This document shows, piece by piece, positions 1-7,706 of a stretch of 20,000 nt of DNA; position 1 is the stretch's first letter, and every line of letters starts with the position of its first letter. The stretch lies in the sequence record SRR20825015_191; one strand, given 5' to 3'. The notes under the pieces were generated by a model. That model saw nothing but the letters and a program-made list of their open reading frames with translations, did not search any database and had not been told where the DNA came from. Made by a program: the position numbers and the translations under genes.

Positions 1-720
1 ACGCAGCTCGACGATCTCCGGATGACGGAAGAGAGCGTTATCGTCGAAGGAGACTTTCGCGTCGAGTGCGAGCACGTCACCGTCGGGCGTGGTGATGAGG
101 GGGTTGACCTCTACCATCGCGGCGTCCGTTTCCCAGAACATCGTGTAGAGGTTACGGATCAGTTTGTAGGCGTTCTTGGCTTCGCCACCGGTGAGTTCGA
201 GACCAAAAACGATTTCGCGGATCTGGAAGTCGGCGAGTCCATAAGCGGGATCGACGAAGACCTTGGTGATCTTTTCTGGCGTTTCCTCGGCGACCTTTTC
301 GATTTCCACGCCGCCTTCAGTCGAAGCGACGATGACAGGATGAGAGGTGCCGCGATCAAGTAGGATGGCCAGATAGTATTCCTTTTTGATGTCGCTCGCG
401 GCGGTGAAATAGACGGTCTGCACCTTGCGACCGGCGGGGCCGGTCTGGATCGTAACGAGCGTGTTATCGAGCATTTTGCCAGCGACTTCGAGGGCCTCGT
501 CTTTGGTTGGGCAGAATTTTACTCCACCTTTATACCCATCGGTGAAGGTGCCTTTGCCGCGTCCACCGGCGTGGATTTGGGATTTAACCATTGTAGGGCC
601 ATCGGGAAGCGAGGCGAGCGCGGTAGCGAACTCGTCGGCTGACTTAGCGGCGGCACCCTGTGGGGCGGGCACACCGAACTTGGCGAAAAGGGCTTTGGCC
701 TGATACTCGTGTATATTCAT
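1..720 (-). CDS. sucC: Succinyl-CoA synthetase beta subunit (3' end truncated by window edge)
   Basis: Not in the ORF track. Hand translation from ATG at 720 gives MNIHEYQAKALFAKFGVP...VKSQIHAGGRGKG, and the same frame reads AKVSFDDNALFRHPEIVELR at base 1. These are hallmark SucC motifs. Confidence 0.97.
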   Translation of the reverse strand, partial: MNIHEYQAKALFAKFGVPAPQGAAAKSADEFATALASLPDGPTMVKSQIHAGGRGKGTFTDGYKGGVKFCPTKDEALEVAGKMLDNTLVTIQTGPAGRKVQTVYFTAASDIKKEYYLAILLDRGTSHPVIVASTEGGVEIEKVAEETPEKITKVFVDPAYGLADFQIREIVFGLELTGGEAKNAYKLIRNLYTMFWETDAAMVEVNPLITTPDGDVLALDAKVSFDDNALFRHPEIVELR

Positions 721-810
721 GGGGAAAGTGTCATTAAGCCAGAATCCTGGGGCAGAACGCACTCAAAAAAGGGAAATCAGTAAAAGTCGTTAGCTGAGGT
801 GCGGTCCGGA

Positions 811-838
811 TTGCGTTTCGCTAATGGAATGCCAGCGT
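811..838 (+). promoter_or_regulatory. Putative sigma70-type promoter, possibly leaderless, for the CII-like gene
   Basis: TTGCGT (811-816), 16-nt spacer, CAGCGT (833-838), then 6 nt to ATG at 845. The -10 match is weak. Confidence 0.3.
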
Positions 839-844
839 GCTGGG

Positions 845-1306
845 ATGGAATCGCATGAGGTTCTCCGAGACGTATTAAAGAAGACCAGCGCCAAGCAGAT
901 CGCCAGCGATCTGGGGCTTTCGCTGTCGCTTATCTACAAGTGGGCGGAGCCACCTGCCGAGGGCAGTGGGGCCAATAATCCATTGGATCGCGTGGAACAG
1001 CTGATCAAATCCACGGGCAACCCGCAATTGGCTCAATGGATCTGTGAGCGCAGTGAAGGGTTCTTTATTCGCAATCCCGATTCGGTGCGTCACACCGGCC
1101 AACTCATTCCCCTGACCAACGACATTGTGCAGGATTTCGCCGATATGCTTGCGACGATTGCGACCTCGTCGGCGGATAATGTCATTACACAGCAGGAGGC
1201 GAAAACCATCCGCGACCGCTGGGAGAGTTTGAAGAGTGTGACCGAGGGTTTTGTGCGCGCGGCCGAAAGCGGCAATTTCAAGGCAGTGGCTGAGACGGGG
1301 GATTAG
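845..1306 (+). CDS. Phage regulatory CII-like (phage 186 CII / CP76 type) HTH protein
   Basis: N-terminal HTH-like segment SAKQIASDLGLSLSLIYKWAEP, then NPLDRVEQL, and a C-terminal helical region with DNVITQQEA resembling the DGxI..xE motif of this family. ATG 845 is preferred over ATG 824. The family call is from motif recall, not a search. Confidence 0.65.
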   Translation: MESHEVLRDVLKKTSAKQIASDLGLSLSLIYKWAEPPAEGSGANNPLDRVEQLIKSTGNPQLAQWICERSEGFFIRNPDSVRHTGQLIPLTNDIVQDFADMLATIATSSADNVITQQEAKTIRDRWESLKSVTEGFVRAAESGNFKAVAETGD

Positions 1307-1339
1307 GCCGAGGACTCAACCGCAGGGCCCTGCCTGGGT

Positions 1340-1382
1340 GTAGACGAACTTTGCTTCCGCAAGACGGGAGAAAGTTGTTTAT
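1340..1382 (+). other. Long imperfect stem-loop downstream of the CII-like gene
   Basis: GTAGAC/GTTTAT, AACTTT/AAAGTT and CTTCCG/CGGGAG pair in nested order around loop CAAGA. G-U pairs favour the + strand. No U-tract follows. Confidence 0.5.
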
Positions 1383-1403
1383 CTGCCGACGCGATATTTG
1401 ATG

Positions 1404-1436
1404 AGCCGCACTTTTGCCGATGCCTCAAGTGCAGCT
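1404..1436 (-). terminator. Stem-loop 3' of rph, possible terminator or processing hairpin
   Basis: Minus strand AGCTGCACTT-13 nt-AAGTGCGGCT forms 10 bp with one G-U, about 25 nt after the rph stop. It lacks a U-tract. Confidence 0.4.
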
Positions 1437-1460
1437 ACCTGATTGGTTTAAACGCACTAT

Positions 1461-2213
1461 TCAGCTTTTCAGCAATTGCTGCGTGAGAAAAGCGGTTTGG
1501 AGTTTCGCTAACTCGGCCAAGCCGGGCTGGGCGATCTTGATGAGGTTCTGCAACTGATCGTGAGAGAAGGTGGCCTCTTCACCGGAACCCTGCACTTCCA
1601 CGAATTGCCCTTGTCCGGTCATGACGACGTTGAAATCGACATCGGCGTCCTTGTCTTCGACGTAATCGAGATCGAGGAGTTCGCGGTTTTCGCACACCCC
1701 GACACTGACGGCGGCGACGGAATCGTGCAGCGGGTTTTCCGTGAGTTTATTCTCATCCATCAGTTTTTGCACCGCGAGTCTCGTCGCGAGATAGGCTCCG
1801 GTGATTGAAGCGGTGCGGGTGCCTCCGTCGGCCTGAATCACATCGCAATCAATCCAGAGCGTCTTTGCACCGAGCTTCTGCAAGTCGATGACGGCGCGGA
1901 GTGACCGGCCAATCAAGCGTTGGATCTCCACTGTGCGTCCGTCGAGCTTACCCCGGGAGATATCGCGGGATTTCCGATCCAGAGTGGAATAGGGCAGCAT
2001 CGAGTATTCGGCCGTTAACCAGCCGCCTTTGACGCCTTGTTGGCGCATCCAACCGGGAACCTTTGGCTCGATCGTAGCCGCGCAGATCACGCGAGTGTCC
2101 CCGAAAGAGACGAGCACTGAACCGGTCGCGTGAGGTGCGATGTCGGCTTGAAATGAAATCTCACGAAGTTGGTCGGGACGGCGACCATCGTGACGGAGTT
2201 TTGAATCGGACAT
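1461..2213 (-). CDS. rph: Ribonuclease PH
   Basis: RHDGRRPDQLR, GWLTAEYSMLP, GRTVEIQRLIGRSLRA, CDVIQADGGTRTASITG and DLDYVED motifs. Confidence 0.97.
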   Translation of the reverse strand: MSDSKLRHDGRRPDQLREISFQADIAPHATGSVLVSFGDTRVICAATIEPKVPGWMRQQGVKGGWLTAEYSMLPYSTLDRKSRDISRGKLDGRTVEIQRLIGRSLRAVIDLQKLGAKTLWIDCDVIQADGGTRTASITGAYLATRLAVQKLMDENKLTENPLHDSVAAVSVGVCENRELLDLDYVEDKDADVDFNVVMTGQGQFVEVQGSGEEATFSHDQLQNLIKIAQPGLAELAKLQTAFLTQQLLKS

Positions 2214-2216
2214 GAA

Positions 2217-3224
2217 TCAGAGGGTGGAACGTCTCTCTTCAATGTCGAAAGGTTTGATTTCCCGAGGCTGGTTTTTCTGAGACTGCTTGGTCATGTGCGC
2301 AATGAGCTGATCATTGAAATCCTTGGCCGGATCGTGACCAATTTTTTTGAGTGCTTGGGTCAGGGAGGCGACTTCGACGAGCCGGGCCACATCGCGTCCG
2401 GGACGCACATAGAGTTCAATATGGGGAACGTTTTTCCCGAGGATTTCGTAATAATTTTCCTCGAGGCCGGTTCGCTCTTCCACGACTTCGGGAGTCCATT
2501 CCTGGAGCGAGACGACCAGATCGATGCGTTTTTCGAGCCGGACGGAACGCACTCCAAACATCTCGGCAATGTTGATAATCCCGATGCCGCGGCACTCCAT
2601 CCACCCCCGATTGAGCTGGCGGCTCGTGGCCATCAACTCGCGTTCGTCGAGCAGCTTGATGACCGTGAGGTCATCGGCCACCAGCGAGTGTCCCCGTTCG
2701 ATCAAAGCCAGCGCGCATTCGCTTTTGCCGACACCGCTCGAACCGCGCAGGAGCACCCCAATGCCTTTGATATCGAGGGTGGTCGCATGCACCGTGGTTG
2801 AAGGAGCGAATTCGTTGTCGATGCACAACGTGGCAAGATTCACGAAATTCATCGTGATCATCGGGGTGCGGAAAACGGGCAGACGCATTTCCTCGGCAAC
2901 TTTGATCAACGCTGGGGTGGCGTGGTAGTTACGGGTGAGCATCAGACAGGGAATTTGTCGGCGCACCATCTGCTGAAAAATTTTCACCTGTTGCTCTTCG
3001 GGCAGCGACTTGAGATAAGTCATCTCCGCGGCGCCGAGCACTTGGATTCGTTTGTTGGCGAAGTATTTGAAAAAACCTGTCAGAGCCAGGGCAGGGCGGT
3101 TGATCGAACCTTCCTTGATTAGCCGATGCATGCCCTCGGAGCCGATCAGGAGCTCCATCTTGAGTTTGTCACCGTAGATTTCGTGGAAATGGGAGACCGT
3201 AATTCCGGGGAGTGACTTGGGCAT
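2217..3224 (-). CDS. hprK: HPr(Ser) kinase/phosphorylase
   Basis: N-terminal INRPALALTGFF...RIQVLG, Walker A GSSGVGKSE, LIERGHSLVADD, signature MECRGIGIIN, and VRPGRD. Confidence 0.96.
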   Translation of the reverse strand: MPKSLPGITVSHFHEIYGDKLKMELLIGSEGMHRLIKEGSINRPALALTGFFKYFANKRIQVLGAAEMTYLKSLPEEQQVKIFQQMVRRQIPCLMLTRNYHATPALIKVAEEMRLPVFRTPMITMNFVNLATLCIDNEFAPSTTVHATTLDIKGIGVLLRGSSGVGKSECALALIERGHSLVADDLTVIKLLDERELMATSRQLNRGWMECRGIGIINIAEMFGVRSVRLEKRIDLVVSLQEWTPEVVEERTGLEENYYEILGKNVPHIELYVRPGRDVARLVEVASLTQALKKIGHDPAKDFNDQLIAHMTKQSQKNQPREIKPFDIEERRSTL

Positions 3225-3229
3225 GAGTT

Positions 3230-3970
3230 TTAGAGATTAAAATTGTCGCCGAGGTAAAATTCGCGGGCCTGCGGATCGTTAATGAGGAAATCGCCGGAGC
3301 CTTCGGTGAGGATCTTGCCGTCGTGAAGGAGGTAGGCGCGATCCACGATCCGAAGTGTTTCCCGCACGTTGTGATCCGTCACCACCACGCCGATCCCGCT
3401 GTTCTTGAGCTGGATGATAATTTTCTGCACTTCGGCGACCGAGATGGGATCGATCGCGGCAAAGGGTTCATCCATCAGCAGAAACTTAGGTTTTGTCACG
3501 AGCGCACGGGCGATTTCCAAACGGCGTCTTTCTCCTCCGGAAAGCGTGAACGCTTTTTGTTTGGCCACGTGTCCGAGGCTGAGCTCCTCCAAGTGATGTT
3601 TTACGAGCGCTGAACGTTCACCGCGTGGCACGCCAATCGCTTCAGCGATGGCGAGAATGTTCTGCTCCACGGTGAGTTTACGAAACACCGAAGCTTCCTG
3701 AGGCAGGTAACCAATGCCATGGCGGGCGCGGTCGTGCATCCGCAGTTTCGTCATATCCTTCCCATCGAGGCTGACCGTGCCCTTGGTGGGTGGCACGAGG
3801 CCAACGATCATGTAAAACGTGGTGGTCTTACCCGCGCCATTGGGCCCGAGCAGGCCGACGACCTCGCCGGCGTTAAAGTGGACATCGACCCCATTGACCA
3901 CGTTGCGCTCGCCAAATGATTTGATGAGTCCTTCAGTGCGGATTTCGGATTGTGCGACAGCGGTGGTCAT
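3230..3970 (-). CDS. lptB: LPS export ABC transporter ATP-binding protein
   Basis: GLLGPNGAGKTTTFYMIVG, YLPQEASVFRKLTV, LSGGERRRLEIARAL, DEPFAAIDP and TDHNVRETL; lies next to lptA and lptC. Confidence 0.97.
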   Translation of the reverse strand: MTTAVAQSEIRTEGLIKSFGERNVVNGVDVHFNAGEVVGLLGPNGAGKTTTFYMIVGLVPPTKGTVSLDGKDMTKLRMHDRARHGIGYLPQEASVFRKLTVEQNILAIAEAIGVPRGERSALVKHHLEELSLGHVAKQKAFTLSGGERRRLEIARALVTKPKFLLMDEPFAAIDPISVAEVQKIIIQLKNSGIGVVVTDHNVRETLRIVDRAYLLHDGKILTEGSGDFLINDPQAREFYLGDNFNL

Positions 3971-3976
3971 GGGAAA

Positions 3977-4534
3977 TCAGGGGTTGGTGGTTCCGGCAGA
4001 ATCCGATTTTTCCTCGTCGAAACCGAGATCCTTGATCGCAGGAAGCGTGATCTGGGTGCGTCGTTCTTCGGTGCCCTGCACGACCGCGCGACGTTGTCCG
4101 CGATAGAGCAGAATCTCAGGTCCGGTGATCACGTATTGATCGTCGATGCTCCGCACCACGGGGTTCTCGCTGAGGACGATACGATCTTCGTTTGGAAAGA
4201 CTTCGGCGCGACCACAGGTGGCCTCGCGGTCGCCCTGGATGATTCGCACGCGACCGGTGGCGACGAGCGATTTGAAATAGCCGTATTGGCCGAGCGTGGC
4301 CGTGGGATCGCCTTTGCGGATGGCCACGATCCGAAGATCGTCGCAGTAAAGTTTCAGGTTGTTTCCGGTCACCACGACCTGATTGGTGAAGGTCGCGATG
4401 GTTTCCGTGTCGGTGCTGATTGTCTCAGCGGCACCCGCGCATTCAATGATTGTCGGTGGTGGCTCATCGGCGGCCCGGAGAGGAGCGACGAAAAGCAGAA
4501 GGGCGGTGAGGGGAAAGAATGGGAATCGGCTCAT
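3977..4534 (-). CDS. lptA: LptA/OstA family LPS transport periplasmic protein
   Basis: Signal peptide, beta-jellyroll pattern (LVATGRVRIIQGDREATCGRA...IVLSENPVV), and position between lptC and lptB. Its ATG overlaps the lptC stop (ATGA). Confidence 0.85.
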   Translation of the reverse strand: MSRFPFFPLTALLLFVAPLRAADEPPPTIIECAGAAETISTDTETIATFTNQVVVTGNNLKLYCDDLRIVAIRKGDPTATLGQYGYFKSLVATGRVRIIQGDREATCGRAEVFPNEDRIVLSENPVVRSIDDQYVITGPEILLYRGQRRAVVQGTEERRTQITLPAIKDLGFDEEKSDSAGTTNP

Positions 4535-4959
4535 TTGAGGATATCGGGGAGCTGGGCGCGGAAAACTACCCTCGCTTGGGAGTGGATGGAAACTTTTTTC
4601 TGACGGTGATCATAGGTCCAACCCCGGCCCGTAATTTCCAGATCATCGCGGATGATTCGCACCGAAGCGGCTCCTTTGACGAGACCTTCTTCCGGTTGGA
4701 CTGAAGCGAGCGGACTGAGAATGACGGTGTCCACGGCATTGCGTTCATCGCCGGAAAACAGCGTGAGGTTGAGATCCACCAGTTGAACGTGGACTGCGCC
4801 GACAATGGCTTCTGATCCAAGGAGCATCATGGAACGATGGCCGTCCTTGGTAAAGGTGGGCAGGCGGAATTGAGAGACCGGTGCCATCGCGGTTGGCGAG
4901 GGTTCAGCTCGCAGTGCCGAACCGCCCAATATGAAGATGATAATCAGGAAAACTCTCAC
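4531..4959 (-). CDS. lptC: LPS export periplasmic protein LptC-like
   Basis: N-terminal hydrophobic segment and beta-rich C-terminus (LEITGRGWTYD...VSIHSQARVVF). It lies between kdsC and lptA, and its GTG overlaps the kdsC stop (GTGA). Confidence 0.75.
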   Translation of the reverse strand: MRVFLIIIFILGGSALRAEPSPTAMAPVSQFRLPTFTKDGHRSMMLLGSEAIVGAVHVQLVDLNLTLFSGDERNAVDTVILSPLASVQPEEGLVKGAASVRIIRDDLEITGRGWTYDHRQKKVSIHSQARVVFRAQLPDILK

Positions 4960-5486
4960 GATTCCGAAGTGGGACTGCGATGGGACAGGATATGTTCACA
5001 TATTTCCCGCACGGCCCCTCGTCCGGCGGCGCGAGTGGTCACGATGTCTGCCGCCGCGATAGCGGAGGGCATTGCATCGGGAACACTCACCCCGATACCG
5101 GCCCAGGCGATGGCCTCGGCATCAATATCATCGTCGCCCATATAAACGCATTGTTCGGCTTGGAGGTTGAGGCGGCCGGCGAGTTCCCGGAGGGCCGTGA
5201 TCTTATCGGTGCGGCCTTGAATCAAATGCGGGACTTTCAACTCGGTCGCGCGTCGCGTGCTGGCTTCGGAGGGACGTCCGCTAATCCAAGCTACCGCGAC
5301 ATCCGCTATGTTGAGGCGAACGATTCCCATGCCATCGAGAATGGAGAACACTTTGCTCTCCGTGCCGTCTGAGGAAATCCGCACCGTGCCATCCGTAAGA
5401 ATCCCATCCACATCCATCGCGAAGAGGCGAATGCGAGACCACGATGCCTTTTCGATTTTGGGTTTTTGATTTTGGATTTCAGGCAT
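4956..5486 (-). CDS. kdsC: KDO 8-phosphate phosphatase (HAD family IIIA)
   Basis: FAMDVDGILTDG, ISGR, DK and YMGDDDID HAD motifs, GGRGAVRE-like AGRGAVREICE, and canonical position upstream of lptC. Confidence 0.93.
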   Translation of the reverse strand: MPEIQNQKPKIEKASWSRIRLFAMDVDGILTDGTVRISSDGTESKVFSILDGMGIVRLNIADVAVAWISGRPSEASTRRATELKVPHLIQGRTDKITALRELAGRLNLQAEQCVYMGDDDIDAEAIAWAGIGVSVPDAMPSAIAAADIVTTRAAGRGAVREICEHILSHRSPTSES

Positions 5487-5568
5487 GTCGGTAAAAATTG
5501 AACTTTGCGTTCAGATAGGGGTTCGTGGTTTGGAAAATTGAAAATCCGAATTCAAAAATCAAAAATCA
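5453..5568. repeat. Inverted arrays of degenerate 7-bp tandem repeats (consensus AAAATCN)
   Basis: Left arm 5453-5480 is CGATTTT GGGTTTT TGATTTT GGATTTC. Right arm 5534-5568 is AAAATTG AAAATCC GAATTCA AAAATCA AAAATCA. The arms are complementary in inverted orientation. Confidence 0.85.
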
Positions 5569-5570
5569 TG

Positions 5571-7601
5571 TCATCCCATCCAAGTGATGAGTTTTTCGAT
5601 CACGGCGTTCGTGTTGGGACGGAAGGCCTTTTCGAGTTCGGGAGCGAAGGGCACCGGCATATCGAGTGAACCGATCCGGAGGGGCGCGGCCTTGAGTTGG
5701 GCGAAGTTCTCTTCGGTGAGTTGAGCGACGATTTCGGCGCCGAAACCGTGCGTGCGGCGACCTTCATGTAAGACGACCAGACGGCCGGTGCGACGAAGTG
5801 ATTCGGTGATCGCGTCGAGCTTCATCGGAGCGAGCCCGCGCAGATCGAAAAGATCGAAGGTGGTTTCGTATTCCTCGGCGAGATAATCGCAGGCTTCGCT
5901 CGCGAGGTGCACCATTTCGCCATAAGTCACGAAAGTCGCGAAGTCGCCGTCGCGGAGTTTTTGGGGATTCCAAACGTCACGGAAATCGGGATTCCAGACC
6001 ACAGGTTGTTTACTGCGGCGATAGAGTGCCTTGTGCTCAAAGAGGAGCACGGGATTGTTGTCCTCGTAGGCGGCGAGGAGGGCATCGAATCCATCCTGTG
6101 GCGTGCTTGGATAAATGGCTTTGAGGCCGGGCATCGAGAGGAAAAAGGATTCGAGTTCCTGGGAATGAAACGAACCGAAGGTCAGGCCTCCGCCGCAGGG
6201 GAATCGAAGCACCAGTGGGCAGGGCGAGCCGGAACGAAAATGCATCGTCGCGGCATTCAGCGTGATCTGCGTGACAGCCTCGGTGGAAAAATCAGCGAAC
6301 TGGAATTCCTCGATGGGGCGGTGACCGTTGACGGCCATGCCGATCGCGTAGCCGGTGCAGGCGCTTTCCGCGAGAGGGGTGTTGAAGACGCGGGCGCGAC
6401 CGTATTTCTCAAGGAGGTCTTCGGTGACTTTAAATGCGCCGCCGTAAGTGCCGATATCCTGTCCGAGGATGAGAGATTCACCGCGTTCGGTGAGGATCTT
6501 ATCGAGCCCGGCATTGATGGCCTGAGCGAGGTTCAGGTTTTGGGGGGAAGCCGGCTCGGGTTGCCAATCGATGGTGTGCTCCGGTGCGTAAACTTCATCG
6601 AGCATCTTGCCCGGAGTGGGGTCACCCACCGCCATGCTGACTTTGACGCATTGGTCGAGATACCCACTGATCTCGGCATCAATTTGGTCGAGACGGGAAC
6701 CAAAACCGGCGGTGGCCAGCTGAGCTCGGAGTTTCGGCAACGGATCACGTGCGAGAAAACCTTCGGTTTCACCGGGTTTCAGATAATCGGCGGTATCGTA
6801 TGCGGCGTGTCCGCGCAGCCGGAGCGTTTGAACTTCAATCAGGATCGGACGCGAGGTGCTCCGTGCCTGATCGATCGCTTTCGCAAATCCCTTGGCGCAG
6901 GATTCAACATCGGTGCCATCAAGCGCGATACCTTCGATGCCGTAACCCGCGGCGCGCTTCCACAGTTGGGTCTCAGGCGCGAACTGCTCGCTGATCGGCG
7001 TCGAATACGCGTAGCCATTGTTTTCGATGATGAAAATAACCGGGAGGGAGAGGAGCGACGCGAGGTTGAGCGATTCGTGCACATCGCCGGTGCTGGAGGA
7101 GCCATCGCCGAAAAATGTGAATCCGACGGCGTTGTGTCCGTTGCGACGTTGCGAATCGACCGCGCCAGTCACGCCACTGAGCATCGCTCCGAGATGGCTG
7201 ATCATGGGCAGGGAACGGTGCGCCGGATCGCCGTGATGGATATTACCCTCTCGCGCCTTGGTTGGACTATCGGCGTTGGCAAAATATTGATTGAGATGAT
7301 CGCACAGATGACCGCTCCAGATCAGATGTCCCCCGAGATCGCGATGAGAGAAGGAAACCACGTCATTGGTTTTGTCGGCGAGGAGCGCGAGGGGCACGAT
7401 GAGGCCTTCATTGCCCTGACCGCCTGTCACCGTGCCCTTAATCAGTCCTTGGCGGTAAAGATCGAGGATGCGGTTGTCAGTGGCTCGCGAAAGTTGCATC
7501 CACGTGTAGATGCGGAGCAGTGCTTCGTCGCGATTGGTGGACAGGTCTTCGGATTTTAAAGTGCGCTCAGTGAGAAACGCAGGTGGGTTGGGAAAAGCCA
7601 T
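5571..7601 (-). CDS. 2-oxoacid dehydrogenase E1, fused alpha+beta subunits (branched-chain/pyruvate dehydrogenase-like)
   Basis: Alpha part has the TPP motif GDGSSSTG...IIENN and RLRGHAAYD. Beta part has GQDIGTYGGAFKVT, FNTPLAE, EEFQFADF, HSQ and LFEHKALY. Confidence 0.93.
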   Translation of the reverse strand: MAFPNPPAFLTERTLKSEDLSTNRDEALLRIYTWMQLSRATDNRILDLYRQGLIKGTVTGGQGNEGLIVPLALLADKTNDVVSFSHRDLGGHLIWSGHLCDHLNQYFANADSPTKAREGNIHHGDPAHRSLPMISHLGAMLSGVTGAVDSQRRNGHNAVGFTFFGDGSSSTGDVHESLNLASLLSLPVIFIIENNGYAYSTPISEQFAPETQLWKRAAGYGIEGIALDGTDVESCAKGFAKAIDQARSTSRPILIEVQTLRLRGHAAYDTADYLKPGETEGFLARDPLPKLRAQLATAGFGSRLDQIDAEISGYLDQCVKVSMAVGDPTPGKMLDEVYAPEHTIDWQPEPASPQNLNLAQAINAGLDKILTERGESLILGQDIGTYGGAFKVTEDLLEKYGRARVFNTPLAESACTGYAIGMAVNGHRPIEEFQFADFSTEAVTQITLNAATMHFRSGSPCPLVLRFPCGGGLTFGSFHSQELESFFLSMPGLKAIYPSTPQDGFDALLAAYEDNNPVLLFEHKALYRRSKQPVVWNPDFRDVWNPQKLRDGDFATFVTYGEMVHLASEACDYLAEEYETTFDLFDLRGLAPMKLDAITESLRRTGRLVVLHEGRRTHGFGAEIVAQLTEENFAQLKAAPLRIGSLDMPVPFAPELEKAFRPNTNAVIEKLITWMG

Positions 7602-7706
7602 GAGTTGCTACCCACGGTGAAGCGTGCTCCCGCCACGCGCAAGAACGGGATTATCCTATAAGATGAGGTCTCGGGTTGGGGAATGCCAGATTCAGGATGA
7701 GGCTGC

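Noticed and set aside
22-703. ORFs 22-363, 159-359 and 425-703
   Set aside because: They overlap the real sucC frame (minus strand from 720), which the track missed because it has no stop in the window.
845-1460. Prophage remnant or att site near rph
   Set aside because: No integrase, tRNA, direct repeats or other phage genes are visible.
5907-7559. 550-aa plus-strand ORF
   Set aside because: It is wholly antisense to the fused E1 gene with no recognisable motifs, typical of a shadow ORF caused by codon bias.
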